Program-made: the position numbers and the translations under genes
The notes under the pieces: generated by a model
Database searches by the model: none
Told to the model about the DNA's origin: nothing
What the model saw: only the letters and a program-made list of their open reading frames with translations
Source of the DNA: Candidatus Omnitrophota bacterium
Lineage (GTDB): Bacteria > Omnitrophota > Gorgyraeia > Zapsychrales > JANLHA01
DNA: 64,000 nucleotides
NCBI GenBank assembly: GCA_038222225.1
Contig: JBBRHV010000005.1
Coordinates: 1,824 to 65,823 of the forward strand
Reading direction: 5' to 3'
Shown: piece after piece, positions 30,422-39,298 of the stretch
How the letters are laid out: every line of letters begins with the position of its first letter
Position numbering within the stretch: position 1 is the stretch's first letter

Positions 30422-30434
30422 CAAGGGGGCGGGC

Positions 30435-30578
30435 ATGAAACGATTTGTTTTCGCGGTTTTTTTATTGTGTTTTGTAACGGCGGGATGCGCGTCGGGCTCA
30501 GGCCAGAAAACGCCGCTGGAAAAGACAGTTGATGTGGTTGAGAAGGCCGATGCCTGGGTCCAGGAAAATTTATGGTAA
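30435..30578 (+). CDS. Small lipoprotein (47 aa)
   Basis: Manual translation MKRFVFAVFLLCFVTAGCASGSGQKTPLEKTVDVVEKADAWVQENLW; signal peptide with lipobox TAG-C; SD-like AAGGGGG upstream. Confidence 0.7.
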   Translation: MKRFVFAVFLLCFVTAGCASGSGQKTPLEKTVDVVEKADAWVQENLW

Positions 30579-30626
30579 AACGAAGTTGGGTTTGTTATTA
30601 TTGATCTTTCAATTCTGAGTATTTTT

Positions 30627-30697
30627 TGCCCTGTCGTTCAATGGTAGGACACGAGAATCTGGATCTCGGTATCATGGTTCGATCCCATGCGGGGCAG
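30627..30697 (+). tRNA. tRNA-Gln (CTG)
   Basis: TGCCCTG/CGGGGCA acceptor stem with U1-A72, anticodon arm CGAGA-AT CTG GA-TCTCG, GGTTCGATCCC, G discriminator. Confidence 0.92.
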
Positions 30698-30703
30698 TAC
30701 TTC

Positions 30704-30816
30704 ATTTCGCGCCCCCCGGAAGAGGGACGCGAAATTATTTGACCCTCGTTTAAAAAAGAACCTGTGGGCGCACACGGGTTCGCCGGCCCTGCGAAGCAGG
30801 GAGCCCAGGCGGCGAA
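30704..30816. repeat. Cluster of GC-rich hairpins between tRNA-Gln and glnS
   Basis: ATTTCGCG...CGCGAAAT; GAACCTGTG...CACGGGTTC; TTCGCCG...CGGCGAA enclosing CCCTGC-GAA-GCAGGG. Confidence 0.55.
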
Positions 30817-30845
30817 AAATGACTCTAACAAACAGTTGAGTTTTA

Positions 30846-32537
30846 ATGACCGAACCTATCAATGAAAAATCTTTAGATTTTATCCGTCAGATCGTTGCGG
30901 AGGATGTTAAAAACGGGACGCACGGTGGAAAAGTCGTAACGCGCTTTCCGCCGGAACCTAACGGATATCTGCATATCGGCCATGCCAAATCGATCTGCTT
31001 GAATTTCGGCGTTGCCCAGGAATTCGATGGCCGCTGCCATCTTCGTTTCGACGATACTAATCCGATCAAAGAAGAGCAGGAATATATTGATTCGATCAAA
31101 ACCGATGTGCGCTGGTTGGGGTTTGATTGGGGCCAGCATGAATATTATGCCTCGGACTATTTCGATCAGCTTCATGCGTTTGCTGTTCAGCTGATCAAAA
31201 AAGGAAAGGCCTACGTGGATGACCTTTCTATGGAGCAGATCCGTGAATACCGGGGAACATTGACGGAAGCCGGCAAGCCGAGCCCCTACCGTGACCGTTC
31301 CGTTGAGGACAATCTGGAGCTTTTTGAAGGAATGAAAGCGGGCAAATTTCAAGAAGGCGAAAAAGTTTTGCGCGCGAAAATGGATATGGCCGCTCCCAAC
31401 ATCAACATGCGCGATCCGGTGATGTATCGCATTTTGCATGCGTCCCATCCGCGTACGGGGGACAAATGGTGCATTTATCCGATGTATGATTTCGCTCACG
31501 GACAATCGGATTCGATCGAAGGGATCACGCATTCGATCTGCACACTGGAATTTGAAAATCACAAACCGCTCTATGACTGGTTTATCCGGGAACTCGGGAT
31601 CTTTCCGTCTCATCAATATGAATTTGCGCGTTTGAATCTGACATATACGGTTTTAAGCAAACGAAAATTATTGGAACTGGTCAACGCCAAAGCGGTAGAC
31701 GGGTGGGATGACCCGCGCATGCCGACGTTAAGCGGAATCCGCCGCCGGGGATACACGCCGGAAGCGATCCAGGAATTTTGCAAACGGATCGGCGTGGCTC
31801 GGGTGGACGGCGTGATCGACGTGTCTCTGCTGGAATATTGTTTGAGAGAAGATTTAAACCGGCGCGCGCAGCGGGTGATGGCAGTTTTGAAGCCCTTGAA
31901 AGTGGTTATTACGAATTATCCTGAAGGACAAACCGAACAACTGGAGGCTGTGAACAATCCTGAAGATGAGAGCGCCGGGACAAGGAGGATTCCGTTTTCG
32001 CGCGAGCTCTACATCGAGCAGGAGGATTTCATGGAGGAGCCTCCGAAGAACTTTTACCGGTTAGGTCCGGGCCGTGAGGTCCGGTTACGGTATGGGTATT
32101 TTATTCGTTGTGAAGAGGTCGTTAAAGACAGTAATGGCCGGGTTGTTGAGCTGCGATGCACATATGACCCAGAGACCAGGGGAGGCAATGCCCCTGACGG
32201 GCGAAAGGTCAAAGGAACGATCCATTGGGTGTCGGCCTCTGAATCGATTCAAGCCGAGGTTCGGTTGTATGACCGGCTGTTCAGTGTTGAAAACCCCAAT
32301 GCTGTTGACGAGGGACAGGATTTTAAATTCCATTTGAATCCAGATTCAATGGTGATATTAAACGGATGCCGCTTAGAGCCTTTCCTGAACAATGCCGTAG
32401 GTGAGACCCCTTATCAGTTTGAACGCAAAGGATATTTTTGTTTGGACTGCAAGCTTTCGAAAGACGGAAAGCTTGTTTTTAACCGGACGGTTTCACTGAA
32501 AGACGCCTGGGCAAAAATCTCGCAAAAAAATCAATAA
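30846..32537 (+). CDS. glnS: Glutamine--tRNA ligase
   Basis: [65 protein letters not shown]. Confidence 0.97.
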   Translation: MTEPINEKSLDFIRQIVAEDVKNGTHGGKVVTRFPPEPNGYLHIGHAKSICLNFGVAQEFDGRCHLRFDDTNPIKEEQEYIDSIKTDVRWLGFDWGQHEYYASDYFDQLHAFAVQLIKKGKAYVDDLSMEQIREYRGTLTEAGKPSPYRDRSVEDNLELFEGMKAGKFQEGEKVLRAKMDMAAPNINMRDPVMYRILHASHPRTGDKWCIYPMYDFAHGQSDSIEGITHSICTLEFENHKPLYDWFIRELGIFPSHQYEFARLNLTYTVLSKRKLLELVNAKAVDGWDDPRMPTLSGIRRRGYTPEAIQEFCKRIGVARVDGVIDVSLLEYCLREDLNRRAQRVMAVLKPLKVVITNYPEGQTEQLEAVNNPEDESAGTRRIPFSRELYIEQEDFMEEPPKNFYRLGPGREVRLRYGYFIRCEEVVKDSNGRVVELRCTYDPETRGGNAPDGRKVKGTIHWVSASESIQAEVRLYDRLFSVENPNAVDEGQDFKFHLNPDSMVILNGCRLEPFLNNAVGETPYQFERKGYFCLDCKLSKDGKLVFNRTVSLKDAWAKISQKNQ

Positions 32538-32616
32538 CGCCGTTTTGGGCAGATGACGATAGCTGGAAAACGCTTGGCTTAGGGCAAGCAGGTCTAAGGT
32601 TTTTAAAGGACTGTGT

Positions 32617-34251
32617 ATGAACGCATTATTTTTAGTCGGGCTGGTGGTTTTTTTGGGGACCATCAGCGGGAAAGTGTTTCAAAAACTTCACATCCCTCAG
32701 GTGGTCGGTTATATCTTGTTGGGGCTTATTGTCGGGAAATCATCGTTGCATATTTTTGAAGGGCCGATCGTTGATTCTTTGATGCAGGTGGTGAGCTTCA
32801 CGCTGGGGATTATCGGATTCATCATCGGCGGTGAACTGAAGGCCGATGTGTTCAAGCGGTATGGGCGTAGCATTTATGCCATCCTGTTAGGGGAGGGATT
32901 GTTTGCCTTTCTCTTCGTTGCTGTCGCGATTACCTTGATCACGCATAAATTGTATTTGGGCCTGATCTTTGGAGCCATTGCGTCAGCCACTGACCCGGCA
33001 TCAACGATCAATGTCTTATGGGAGTATCGTTCTAAGGGGCCTTTAACCACAACGCTGAGTTCGATTGTGGCCTTGGATGACGGTTTGGCGTTGTTGATTT
33101 ATGGTTTTGCCGTTGTCTTTTCCAAGGCATTGATCACCAAGGCGTCCTTTTCTTTTTTGTCTTCTGTGGCGGGCCCTTTGTGGGAGATCGCTCAATGTCT
33201 GCTGGTGGGTGTTGTGGCGGGGGTGATTGTTTCTAAGACTATTGTACGGATTCGGGAAAAGGATTTGGCCGTGGCGTTTATTTTGGGTGTGATCGCCGTC
33301 GTTGCCGGCGTAGCCTTGTGGTTTGAGTTGGATTTGATCCTTTGCTGTATGTCGTTGGGGGCCACGATCGCGAATTTGATCCCGAATAAGAGCGAAAAGC
33401 TTTTCGCCTCGATCAAGGAAATGAGCGTCGCGTTGTATATTCTGTTCTTTGTTGTGATCGGCGCGCAGCTCGATATTTCGATTTTTTTGAAGTCTTCCCT
33501 GCTTCTGTTGGTGATCGGATATTTGCTTGCCAGAGGATTGGGTAAGGTTTTGGGCGCAACGTTTGGAGGAATGATCGCGCACGCCAGGCCTGAAGTCGTC
33601 CGTTATACGGGATTGGGGCTTTTTACTCAAGGCGGAGTCGCGATGGGCCTGGCTCTATCGGTTGCCCATGGAATTTCGACGATATCGCCTGAGGGGCAGG
33701 AAGCCAGCATATTGATCATGAATGTGGTAGCTGCCACCACATTTATTGTTCAGTTGTTCGGTCCGTCCTGTGTAAAATTTAGTATTTTGAAAGCGCATGA
33801 GGCGTATAAAAATGTGACCAAGGAAGACGTGATTGAATCGTTGAAGGTCAGCGATGTGATGCAGAAAAGTTTTGTGCCGATCCCCGAATGTGCCCCGCTA
33901 GCGGAAGTGATCCGGATCATCAAGAACGAAGAAGCGCATTACTTGCCGGTGATTGACTCGCGCAATCAAAGCATCGGGTCGGTCTCTCTCAACAATATCA
34001 AAGATGCCATTTTAGAAGAAGAGCTGAATAATCTGCTGGTTGCCGGGGATATCGCGATTTTTGATTATTGGGCCATTGCCCAAGACCGTCCGCTGCGGGA
34101 CGCGATTCAGATTTTTGAAGAGCGGTATCTTGATTACCTGCCGGTGATTAAGGCCGAAGGCACAAAAGAAGTGGTTGGGATCTTAGAACATCAGCATTTG
34201 GCCGGGGCCATCAATCGGGAACTGCTGGCCCGCCAGGGTTCTAGCGAATAA
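32617..34251 (+). CDS. Cation:proton antiporter (CPA family) with C-terminal CBS pair
   Basis: About 12 TM segments, ASATDPA and LDD motifs, followed by KVSDVM...LPVID...LPVI...VVGIL CBS repeats. Confidence 0.88.
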   Translation: MNALFLVGLVVFLGTISGKVFQKLHIPQVVGYILLGLIVGKSSLHIFEGPIVDSLMQVVSFTLGIIGFIIGGELKADVFKRYGRSIYAILLGEGLFAFLFVAVAITLITHKLYLGLIFGAIASATDPASTINVLWEYRSKGPLTTTLSSIVALDDGLALLIYGFAVVFSKALITKASFSFLSSVAGPLWEIAQCLLVGVVAGVIVSKTIVRIREKDLAVAFILGVIAVVAGVALWFELDLILCCMSLGATIANLIPNKSEKLFASIKEMSVALYILFFVVIGAQLDISIFLKSSLLLLVIGYLLARGLGKVLGATFGGMIAHARPEVVRYTGLGLFTQGGVAMGLALSVAHGISTISPEGQEASILIMNVVAATTFIVQLFGPSCVKFSILKAHEAYKNVTKEDVIESLKVSDVMQKSFVPIPECAPLAEVIRIIKNEEAHYLPVIDSRNQSIGSVSLNNIKDAILEEELNNLLVAGDIAIFDYWAIAQDRPLRDAIQIFEERYLDYLPVIKAEGTKEVVGILEHQHLAGAINRELLARQGSSE

Positions 34252-34271
34252 AGCACACACTGCAAAAATAC

Positions 34272-34323
34272 TTGCCATCAGGCCGATTCCAGGTATAATA
34301 TCAAATTGTTAAAAAATTCACGA
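34272..34323 (+). promoter_or_regulatory. Promoter and Rex operator upstream of rex-hypAB
   Basis: TTGCCA-16nt-TATAAT (34272-34299), then TTGTTAAAAAATTCACGA (34306-34323) matching the Rex consensus TTGTGAA-N4-TTCACAA with 2 mismatches. Confidence 0.8.
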
Positions 34324-34342
34324 TTAACTAAGGCAGCGGTGA

Positions 34343-34978
34343 ATGAAAAGATTTCCACAGCGCACTATTATACGGGCTTTTATTTATTTGAGGGCGCTTG
34401 ACGCCCTTATTGAAGACGGGCGGGTGTATGTATCTTCCGGCGAGCTTGCCACAATAACATCGCTCACGGATGTTCAGATCCGTAAAGATATTTCGGCTTT
34501 TGGAAAAGTCGGAAAGCCTCGCGTTGGTTATGATACGCGCCGTTTGAAACAGCTTTTGGAAGAGTTTGTGGTTCAGAATGTTGTTCATGTGGTTTTGTTT
34601 GGGGTTGGAAATTTGGGTTCCGCCATTTTGCGGTATCCCGGATTTCAGGAAGACAAAATTAAGATTGTGGCTGCTTTTGACAGTGACCCGGAAAAAGGCG
34701 ACAAAGCCATTAACGGAATTTCAATCTATCCGCTTGATAAAGCCAAGATGATCATTCAAAAGAAACATGTGGAAATCGGCGTGATCGCTGTTCCCAAACA
34801 AGCCAGTCAGCAGATTGCCGACCTTTTGGTGTCCTGCGGGGTAGAGTGCGTCGTGAATTTTTCACCGACGAATATCAGCGTGCCTAAAGGCACGTTTGTG
34901 AAGAATATTGACCTGGCGGTAGAGTTTTTAGCGCTTTTTTGTGATATGAGTTCAAAGAAGGCCGCTCAACATGCATGA
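34343..34978 (+). CDS. rex: Redox-sensing transcriptional repressor Rex
   Basis: VSSGELA...QIRKDISAFG.VGK..VGY winged helix; GVGNLGSA Rossmann fold; VNFSP. Confidence 0.94.
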   Translation: MKRFPQRTIIRAFIYLRALDALIEDGRVYVSSGELATITSLTDVQIRKDISAFGKVGKPRVGYDTRRLKQLLEEFVVQNVVHVVLFGVGNLGSAILRYPGFQEDKIKIVAAFDSDPEKGDKAINGISIYPLDKAKMIIQKKHVEIGVIAVPKQASQQIADLLVSCGVECVVNFSPTNISVPKGTFVKNIDLAVEFLALFCDMSSKKAAQHA

Positions 34979-35324
34979 GCTTTCCATTGCCAGCGCACTG
35001 ATGGAGCAGATCATTTCGGAAGCGGAAAAGCATGAGCTTTCGCATATCGATGAGGTAGAGATTCATGCTGGCATTTTACGTCAGGTGATTCCCGAGGTCA
35101 TGCAGGAAGCGTTTCGGGAGGTGTCTGTGAAAACAGTTGCGGAAGGTGCGCTCCTGATCATTGTTGAAATTGAAGCGCAGGCCCGTTGCCGGAAATGCCA
35201 AACAGTGTTTGAGCCCACCTTAGATTCTTTTTTGTGTCCGCACTGTCAGATCGCGGATGTGGACATTCTTAAAGGCGACGAGATTATTCTGGCGGCGATC
35301 ATGTCTAACAGCGTAAATTTATAA
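34971..35324 (+). CDS. hypA: Hydrogenase nickel incorporation protein HypA
   Basis: MHELSIA nickel motif, CRKC and CPHC zinc finger. Confidence 0.95.
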   Translation: MHELSIASALMEQIISEAEKHELSHIDEVEIHAGILRQVIPEVMQEAFREVSVKTVAEGALLIIVEIEAQARCRKCQTVFEPTLDSFLCPHCQIADVDILKGDEIILAAIMSNSVNL

Positions 35325-35333
35325 GGATGGATT

Positions 35334-36017
35334 ATGAAAATTAATATTGTGAAAAATGTTTTAAAGGCCAACGACCTGGTGGCGCAGGCGAACCGGAAAA
35401 CTTTTAAGGAGAAGGGTGTCTTGGCGGCGAATTTTATCAGTTCTCCCGGAAGCGGTAAAACCACGCTTCTGGAGAAAACCCTTACGGCTTTAGGGGAGCA
35501 GCAGCATAAGGCAACGGTGATCGTCGGTGATTTGCAGACAACCCGGGATGCGCAGCGGCTGGAGCCGTTTGCTTACCAGGTGGTGCAGATCAACACGGGG
35601 ACGAGCTGTCATTTATATGCCAATCAGGTTGCCGAGAGCCTGCCGAAGCTTGACCTGGAAGCGGTTGAATATGTCTTTATTGAGAATGTGGGCAACATGG
35701 TCTGTCCGGGTGAGTTTGACCTGGGTGAAAACATCAAGGTCATTCTTTTGAGCCTGCCGGAAGGGGACGATAAGGTGGCGAAATACCCGACGATTTTCCG
35801 TGCCGCGGATGTGGTGTTGCTGACAAAGACCGATTTAGAACCGGTGATGTCTTTTGATAAAAAGCAGGTTTATGACGATATTTCGCGTTTGAATGCCAAT
35901 ATTGAGATTATTGAGGTTTCTGCCAAAACAGGAGAAGGACTGTCTTGTTGGGTTGAGTGGCTTAAAAAGAGACGCAAGGAAGGAATTGGCGCACAAGTAA
36001 AGTTTATAACGGAATAG
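35334..36017 (+). CDS. hypB: Hydrogenase nickel GTPase HypB
   Basis: SSPGSGKTTLLE, SCHL, ENVGNMVCP, EGDDKVAKYP, TKTDL. Confidence 0.95.
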   Translation: MKINIVKNVLKANDLVAQANRKTFKEKGVLAANFISSPGSGKTTLLEKTLTALGEQQHKATVIVGDLQTTRDAQRLEPFAYQVVQINTGTSCHLYANQVAESLPKLDLEAVEYVFIENVGNMVCPGEFDLGENIKVILLSLPEGDDKVAKYPTIFRAADVVLLTKTDLEPVMSFDKKQVYDDISRLNANIEIIEVSAKTGEGLSCWVEWLKKRRKEGIGAQVKFITE

Positions 36018-36043
36018 GCGGGAGGTAGGTGTAAAAAATCTCC

Positions 36044-36101
36044 TTGCAACATAAGGAGAAATTGATATAATAATTTCTTATAATTGTTAAAATTTTCACG
36101 A
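36044..36101 (+). promoter_or_regulatory. Promoter and Rex operator upstream of the hox operon
   Basis: TTGCAA-16nt-TATAAT with extended -10 TGn (36044-36071), then TTGTTAAAATTTTCACGA (36084-36101), nearly identical to the site before rex. Confidence 0.8.
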
Positions 36102-36160
36102 TTTAAAGGTTGAACCGTAAAGCTCTGTTTAACATTTTGAAAAAAATAAGGGCCTCTCTT

Positions 36161-37975
36161 ATGACTAAAGAACTTCAAAGTACAATTCAAGTAATTTGTA
36201 AACAATGCGGGAATGACAAGGCGCGCATGATGGATGTTATGACCGCGGTTCAGAAAAAGCACGGTTGTATTTCCAGCCAGGCTATGGATTTGATCGCCAA
36301 GCAGCTGAAGGTCGACCGGATCGATGTGGAAAGCGCAGCCACGTTTTATTCATTTTTATCCACAAAGCCTAAGGGCAAAACGGTCATTCGGCTGTGTAAT
36401 GACATTGTTGATATGATGCAGGGCGCAAAGGAAGTTGCGGCTGCGCTTGAGCAGGAGTTGGGCATCAAATTCGGCGAACAAACTCCGGATGGAAACATTT
36501 CATTGGAATACACCCCTTGCATCGGAATGTGCGATCAGGCTCCGGCAGCTTTAATCAATGATGTGGTGATGACCTATTTATCAAGCGACAAGGCTCGGGA
36601 GATCGTGCGTGAGCTCAAGAAACACAATGATCCTAAAAAAATTGCTTGTCGTGTCGGTGATGGCAATAACGCCCATGAGCTTGTGCGCTCCATGGTTCAT
36701 AACGGTTTGCGCAAAAAAGGGGACGTGATTTTTGGTGAGCATGCGGCAAATGGCGGCCTGAAAAAAGCCCTGGGGATCAGCCCGGTTGAGGTCATTCGGG
36801 AAATCAAAACGGCCCGCTTAAGAGGCCGCGGCGGAGCAGGATTTCCGACGGGTATGAAATGGGAATTTACGCGTGCCGCGGAAGGTGAAAAGAAATATGT
36901 TCTCTGTAACGCAGATGAGGGAGAACCGGGAACATTTAAAGACCGGATCCTTTTGACCGAAAAGTATGACCTGATGTTTGAAGGTATGACCATCGGCGCT
37001 TACGCGATCGGGGCGCAAGAAGGCATCGTATATTTGCGGGGTGAATATGCGTATTTGAAAGATTTTTTAAACGCCATGCTTGCCAAAAGACGGGCGGACG
37101 GCTTATTGGGAAAAAATGTTTTAGGCAAAAGTGGTTTTGATTTTGATATCCGGATCCAGCTCGGAGCCGGGGCTTATATTTGCGGGGAAGAAACATCTTT
37201 GATTAGTTCGGCAGAGGGCCTAAGAGGGGATCCTAAGACCCGTCCGCCATTTCCTGCACAAAAGGGATATTTAGGTTGTCCGACAACAGTGAACAATGTG
37301 GAAACATTCTGCTGTGTGGCCCGTATATTAGAGAAGGGAGCCGCATGGTTCTCACAGGTGGGGACACCTGGAAGCCCTGGAACAAAATTATTGAGCGTTT
37401 CCGGCGATTGTGCTAGCCCGGGAATTTACGAGTTTCCCTTTGGGATTAAAGTGGAAGAGATGCTGCAGGCTGTCGGCGCTCAGGATGTACAGGCCGTGTT
37501 GATGGGCGGTCCATCAGGTCAGTTTATTGGGGCAGCGGATTTTAAGCGCGCGATTTGTTATGATGATTTGGCTACGGGCGGTTCAGTGGTAATCTTTAAT
37601 AAGACACGCGACCTGTTGGGGCTCGTCGATTATTACATGGACTTCTTTGTGGAAGAAAGCTGCGGATACTGTACGCCATGCCGTGTCGGCAATGTGTTGT
37701 TGAAAAATGGCGTTGATAAGATCCGCGGGGGCCGGGGGGATTTGGCCGATTTAGCGTATTTAGAGGATCTGGGGAAGTCGATCAAATTGACCAGCCGCTG
37801 CGGTTTAGGGCAGACATCGCCTAATCCGGTGGTAACGACCATTAAGAACTTCCGCGGTATCTATGAAAAAATTATAAAAGAACAGAAGGCGGGCATGATA
37901 TCAACGTTTGATATTCATGACGCGTTGAAGCAGGGCGAAGAAGCATCGGGACGAAAATCAGAGATCTTTAAATAA
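36161..37975 (+). CDS. hoxF: NAD-reducing [NiFe]-hydrogenase diaphorase large subunit HoxF (NuoE-like + NuoF-like)
   Basis: N-terminal NuoE-like region (CIGMCDQAPA), LRGRGGAGFPTG, NADEGEPGTFKD, GAYICGEET, ESCGYCTPCR, SRCGLG; start ATG 36161. Confidence 0.92.
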   Translation: MTKELQSTIQVICKQCGNDKARMMDVMTAVQKKHGCISSQAMDLIAKQLKVDRIDVESAATFYSFLSTKPKGKTVIRLCNDIVDMMQGAKEVAAALEQELGIKFGEQTPDGNISLEYTPCIGMCDQAPAALINDVVMTYLSSDKAREIVRELKKHNDPKKIACRVGDGNNAHELVRSMVHNGLRKKGDVIFGEHAANGGLKKALGISPVEVIREIKTARLRGRGGAGFPTGMKWEFTRAAEGEKKYVLCNADEGEPGTFKDRILLTEKYDLMFEGMTIGAYAIGAQEGIVYLRGEYAYLKDFLNAMLAKRRADGLLGKNVLGKSGFDFDIRIQLGAGAYICGEETSLISSAEGLRGDPKTRPPFPAQKGYLGCPTTVNNVETFCCVARILEKGAAWFSQVGTPGSPGTKLLSVSGDCASPGIYEFPFGIKVEEMLQAVGAQDVQAVLMGGPSGQFIGAADFKRAICYDDLATGGSVVIFNKTRDLLGLVDYYMDFFVEESCGYCTPCRVGNVLLKNGVDKIRGGRGDLADLAYLEDLGKSIKLTSRCGLGQTSPNPVVTTIKNFRGIYEKIIKEQKAGMISTFDIHDALKQGEEASGRKSEIFK

Positions 37976-37995
37976 TCTAACTATAAGGGATCGTT

Positions 37996-38709
37996 ATGAG
38001 CGACAAAACATTGACATTTACAATTGACGGAGTTGAAGTAAAGGGCTGCCCCGGGCAGACCATCATGCAGGTGGCCGATGAGGCAGGGATTTATATTCCG
38101 CGCCTGTGTTATTGGGACGGGTTAAAGCCGCACGGAAGTTGCCGTTTGTGTACGGTGCTGGTCAATGGACGTCCGCAAGCGGCCTGCACACAGCCGATCG
38201 CGCAGGGGATGGCCGTTGAGCACAACACCGAAGAGCTCAAAGAGCGTCGCCGGGATATTGTGGACATGCTGTTTGTCGAAGGCAATCATTTTTGTATGGT
38301 TTGTGAGAAAAGTGGCAATTGCGAGCTTCAGGCCCAGGCCTATCGTTTGGGAATTGTAGCTCCGAAATATCCATTTCAGTTTCCGGTGTGCACGGTGGAT
38401 GCAACGCATCCGGATATTTTTATTGACCGCAATCGCTGCATTTTGTGCGGACGATGTGTTCAGGCCTCGATCGATTTAGACGGAAAACATGTTTTTGATT
38501 TTGTAGGCCGCGGCAAGAATAAAAGAATCGCGGTTAATGCCGAAGCCCGTTTGGCTGATACAGATCTGGACATTACGGACAAGGCAACTGAAGTGTGCCC
38601 GGTTGGGGCGATTATTAAGAAGCGTGTCGGGTATGCAATACCGGTGGGCCAGCGCCTTTATGACAAAAAGCCTATCGGCTCTGACATTGAAGCGAAACAA
38701 ACAAAGTAA
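37996..38709 (+). CDS. hoxU: Diaphorase small subunit HoxU
   Basis: IPRLC...GSCRLC...AAC [2Fe-2S], HFCMVCEKSGNC, RCILCGRCV, CPVGAI. Confidence 0.92.
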   Translation: MSDKTLTFTIDGVEVKGCPGQTIMQVADEAGIYIPRLCYWDGLKPHGSCRLCTVLVNGRPQAACTQPIAQGMAVEHNTEELKERRRDIVDMLFVEGNHFCMVCEKSGNCELQAQAYRLGIVAPKYPFQFPVCTVDATHPDIFIDRNRCILCGRCVQASIDLDGKHVFDFVGRGKNKRIAVNAEARLADTDLDITDKATEVCPVGAIIKKRVGYAIPVGQRLYDKKPIGSDIEAKQTK

Positions 38710-38734
38710 CCGTTTTGAACAAGGATTTATGATC

Positions 38735-39280
38735 ATGGAAAAACCCAAAGTTGCAACAGCGTCATTGGCCGGATGTTTTGGTTGTCATATGTCGATCTTG
38801 GACATTGATGAACGGATCTTACAGCTCATTGAGCTGGTGGATTTCGACAAGTCCCCCATCGACGATATCAAAGAATTTACCGGTCGTTGCCGGATCGGTT
38901 TGATCGAAGGTGGATGTTCAACCGAAGAGAATGTTCATGTGCTGCAAAAATTCCGTAAGAACTGCGATATTCTCATCTCAGTCGGTGAATGCGCGATTAC
39001 TGGCGGAGTTCCGGCCATGCGCAATGGCATTCCCCTCAAGGAATGCTTGGAGGAGGCGTATCTTAACGGACCGACGGTCTACAATCCCGCAAGAACGCTG
39101 CCGAAGGATCCCGAAATTCCTTTATGTTTGGATCAGGTGTATCCGTGTCATCATGTGGTTAAGATTGATTATCATCTTCCGGGCTGTCCGCCGTCTGCGG
39201 ATTTGATCTGGGAGGCATTGGTTGCGCTGCTGAGCGACAAACCGATAGAATTGCCGTATGAACTTATTAAGTACGATTAA
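38735..39280 (+). CDS. hoxY: [NiFe]-hydrogenase small subunit HoxY
   Basis: GCFGCHMS, VGECAITGG, LPGCPP; single-cluster short subunit (181 aa). Confidence 0.92.
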   Translation: MEKPKVATASLAGCFGCHMSILDIDERILQLIELVDFDKSPIDDIKEFTGRCRIGLIEGGCSTEENVHVLQKFRKNCDILISVGECAITGGVPAMRNGIPLKECLEEAYLNGPTVYNPARTLPKDPEIPLCLDQVYPCHHVVKIDYHLPGCPPSADLIWEALVALLSDKPIELPYELIKYD

Positions 39281-39298
39281 TCAAAATGGAGATGTGCT

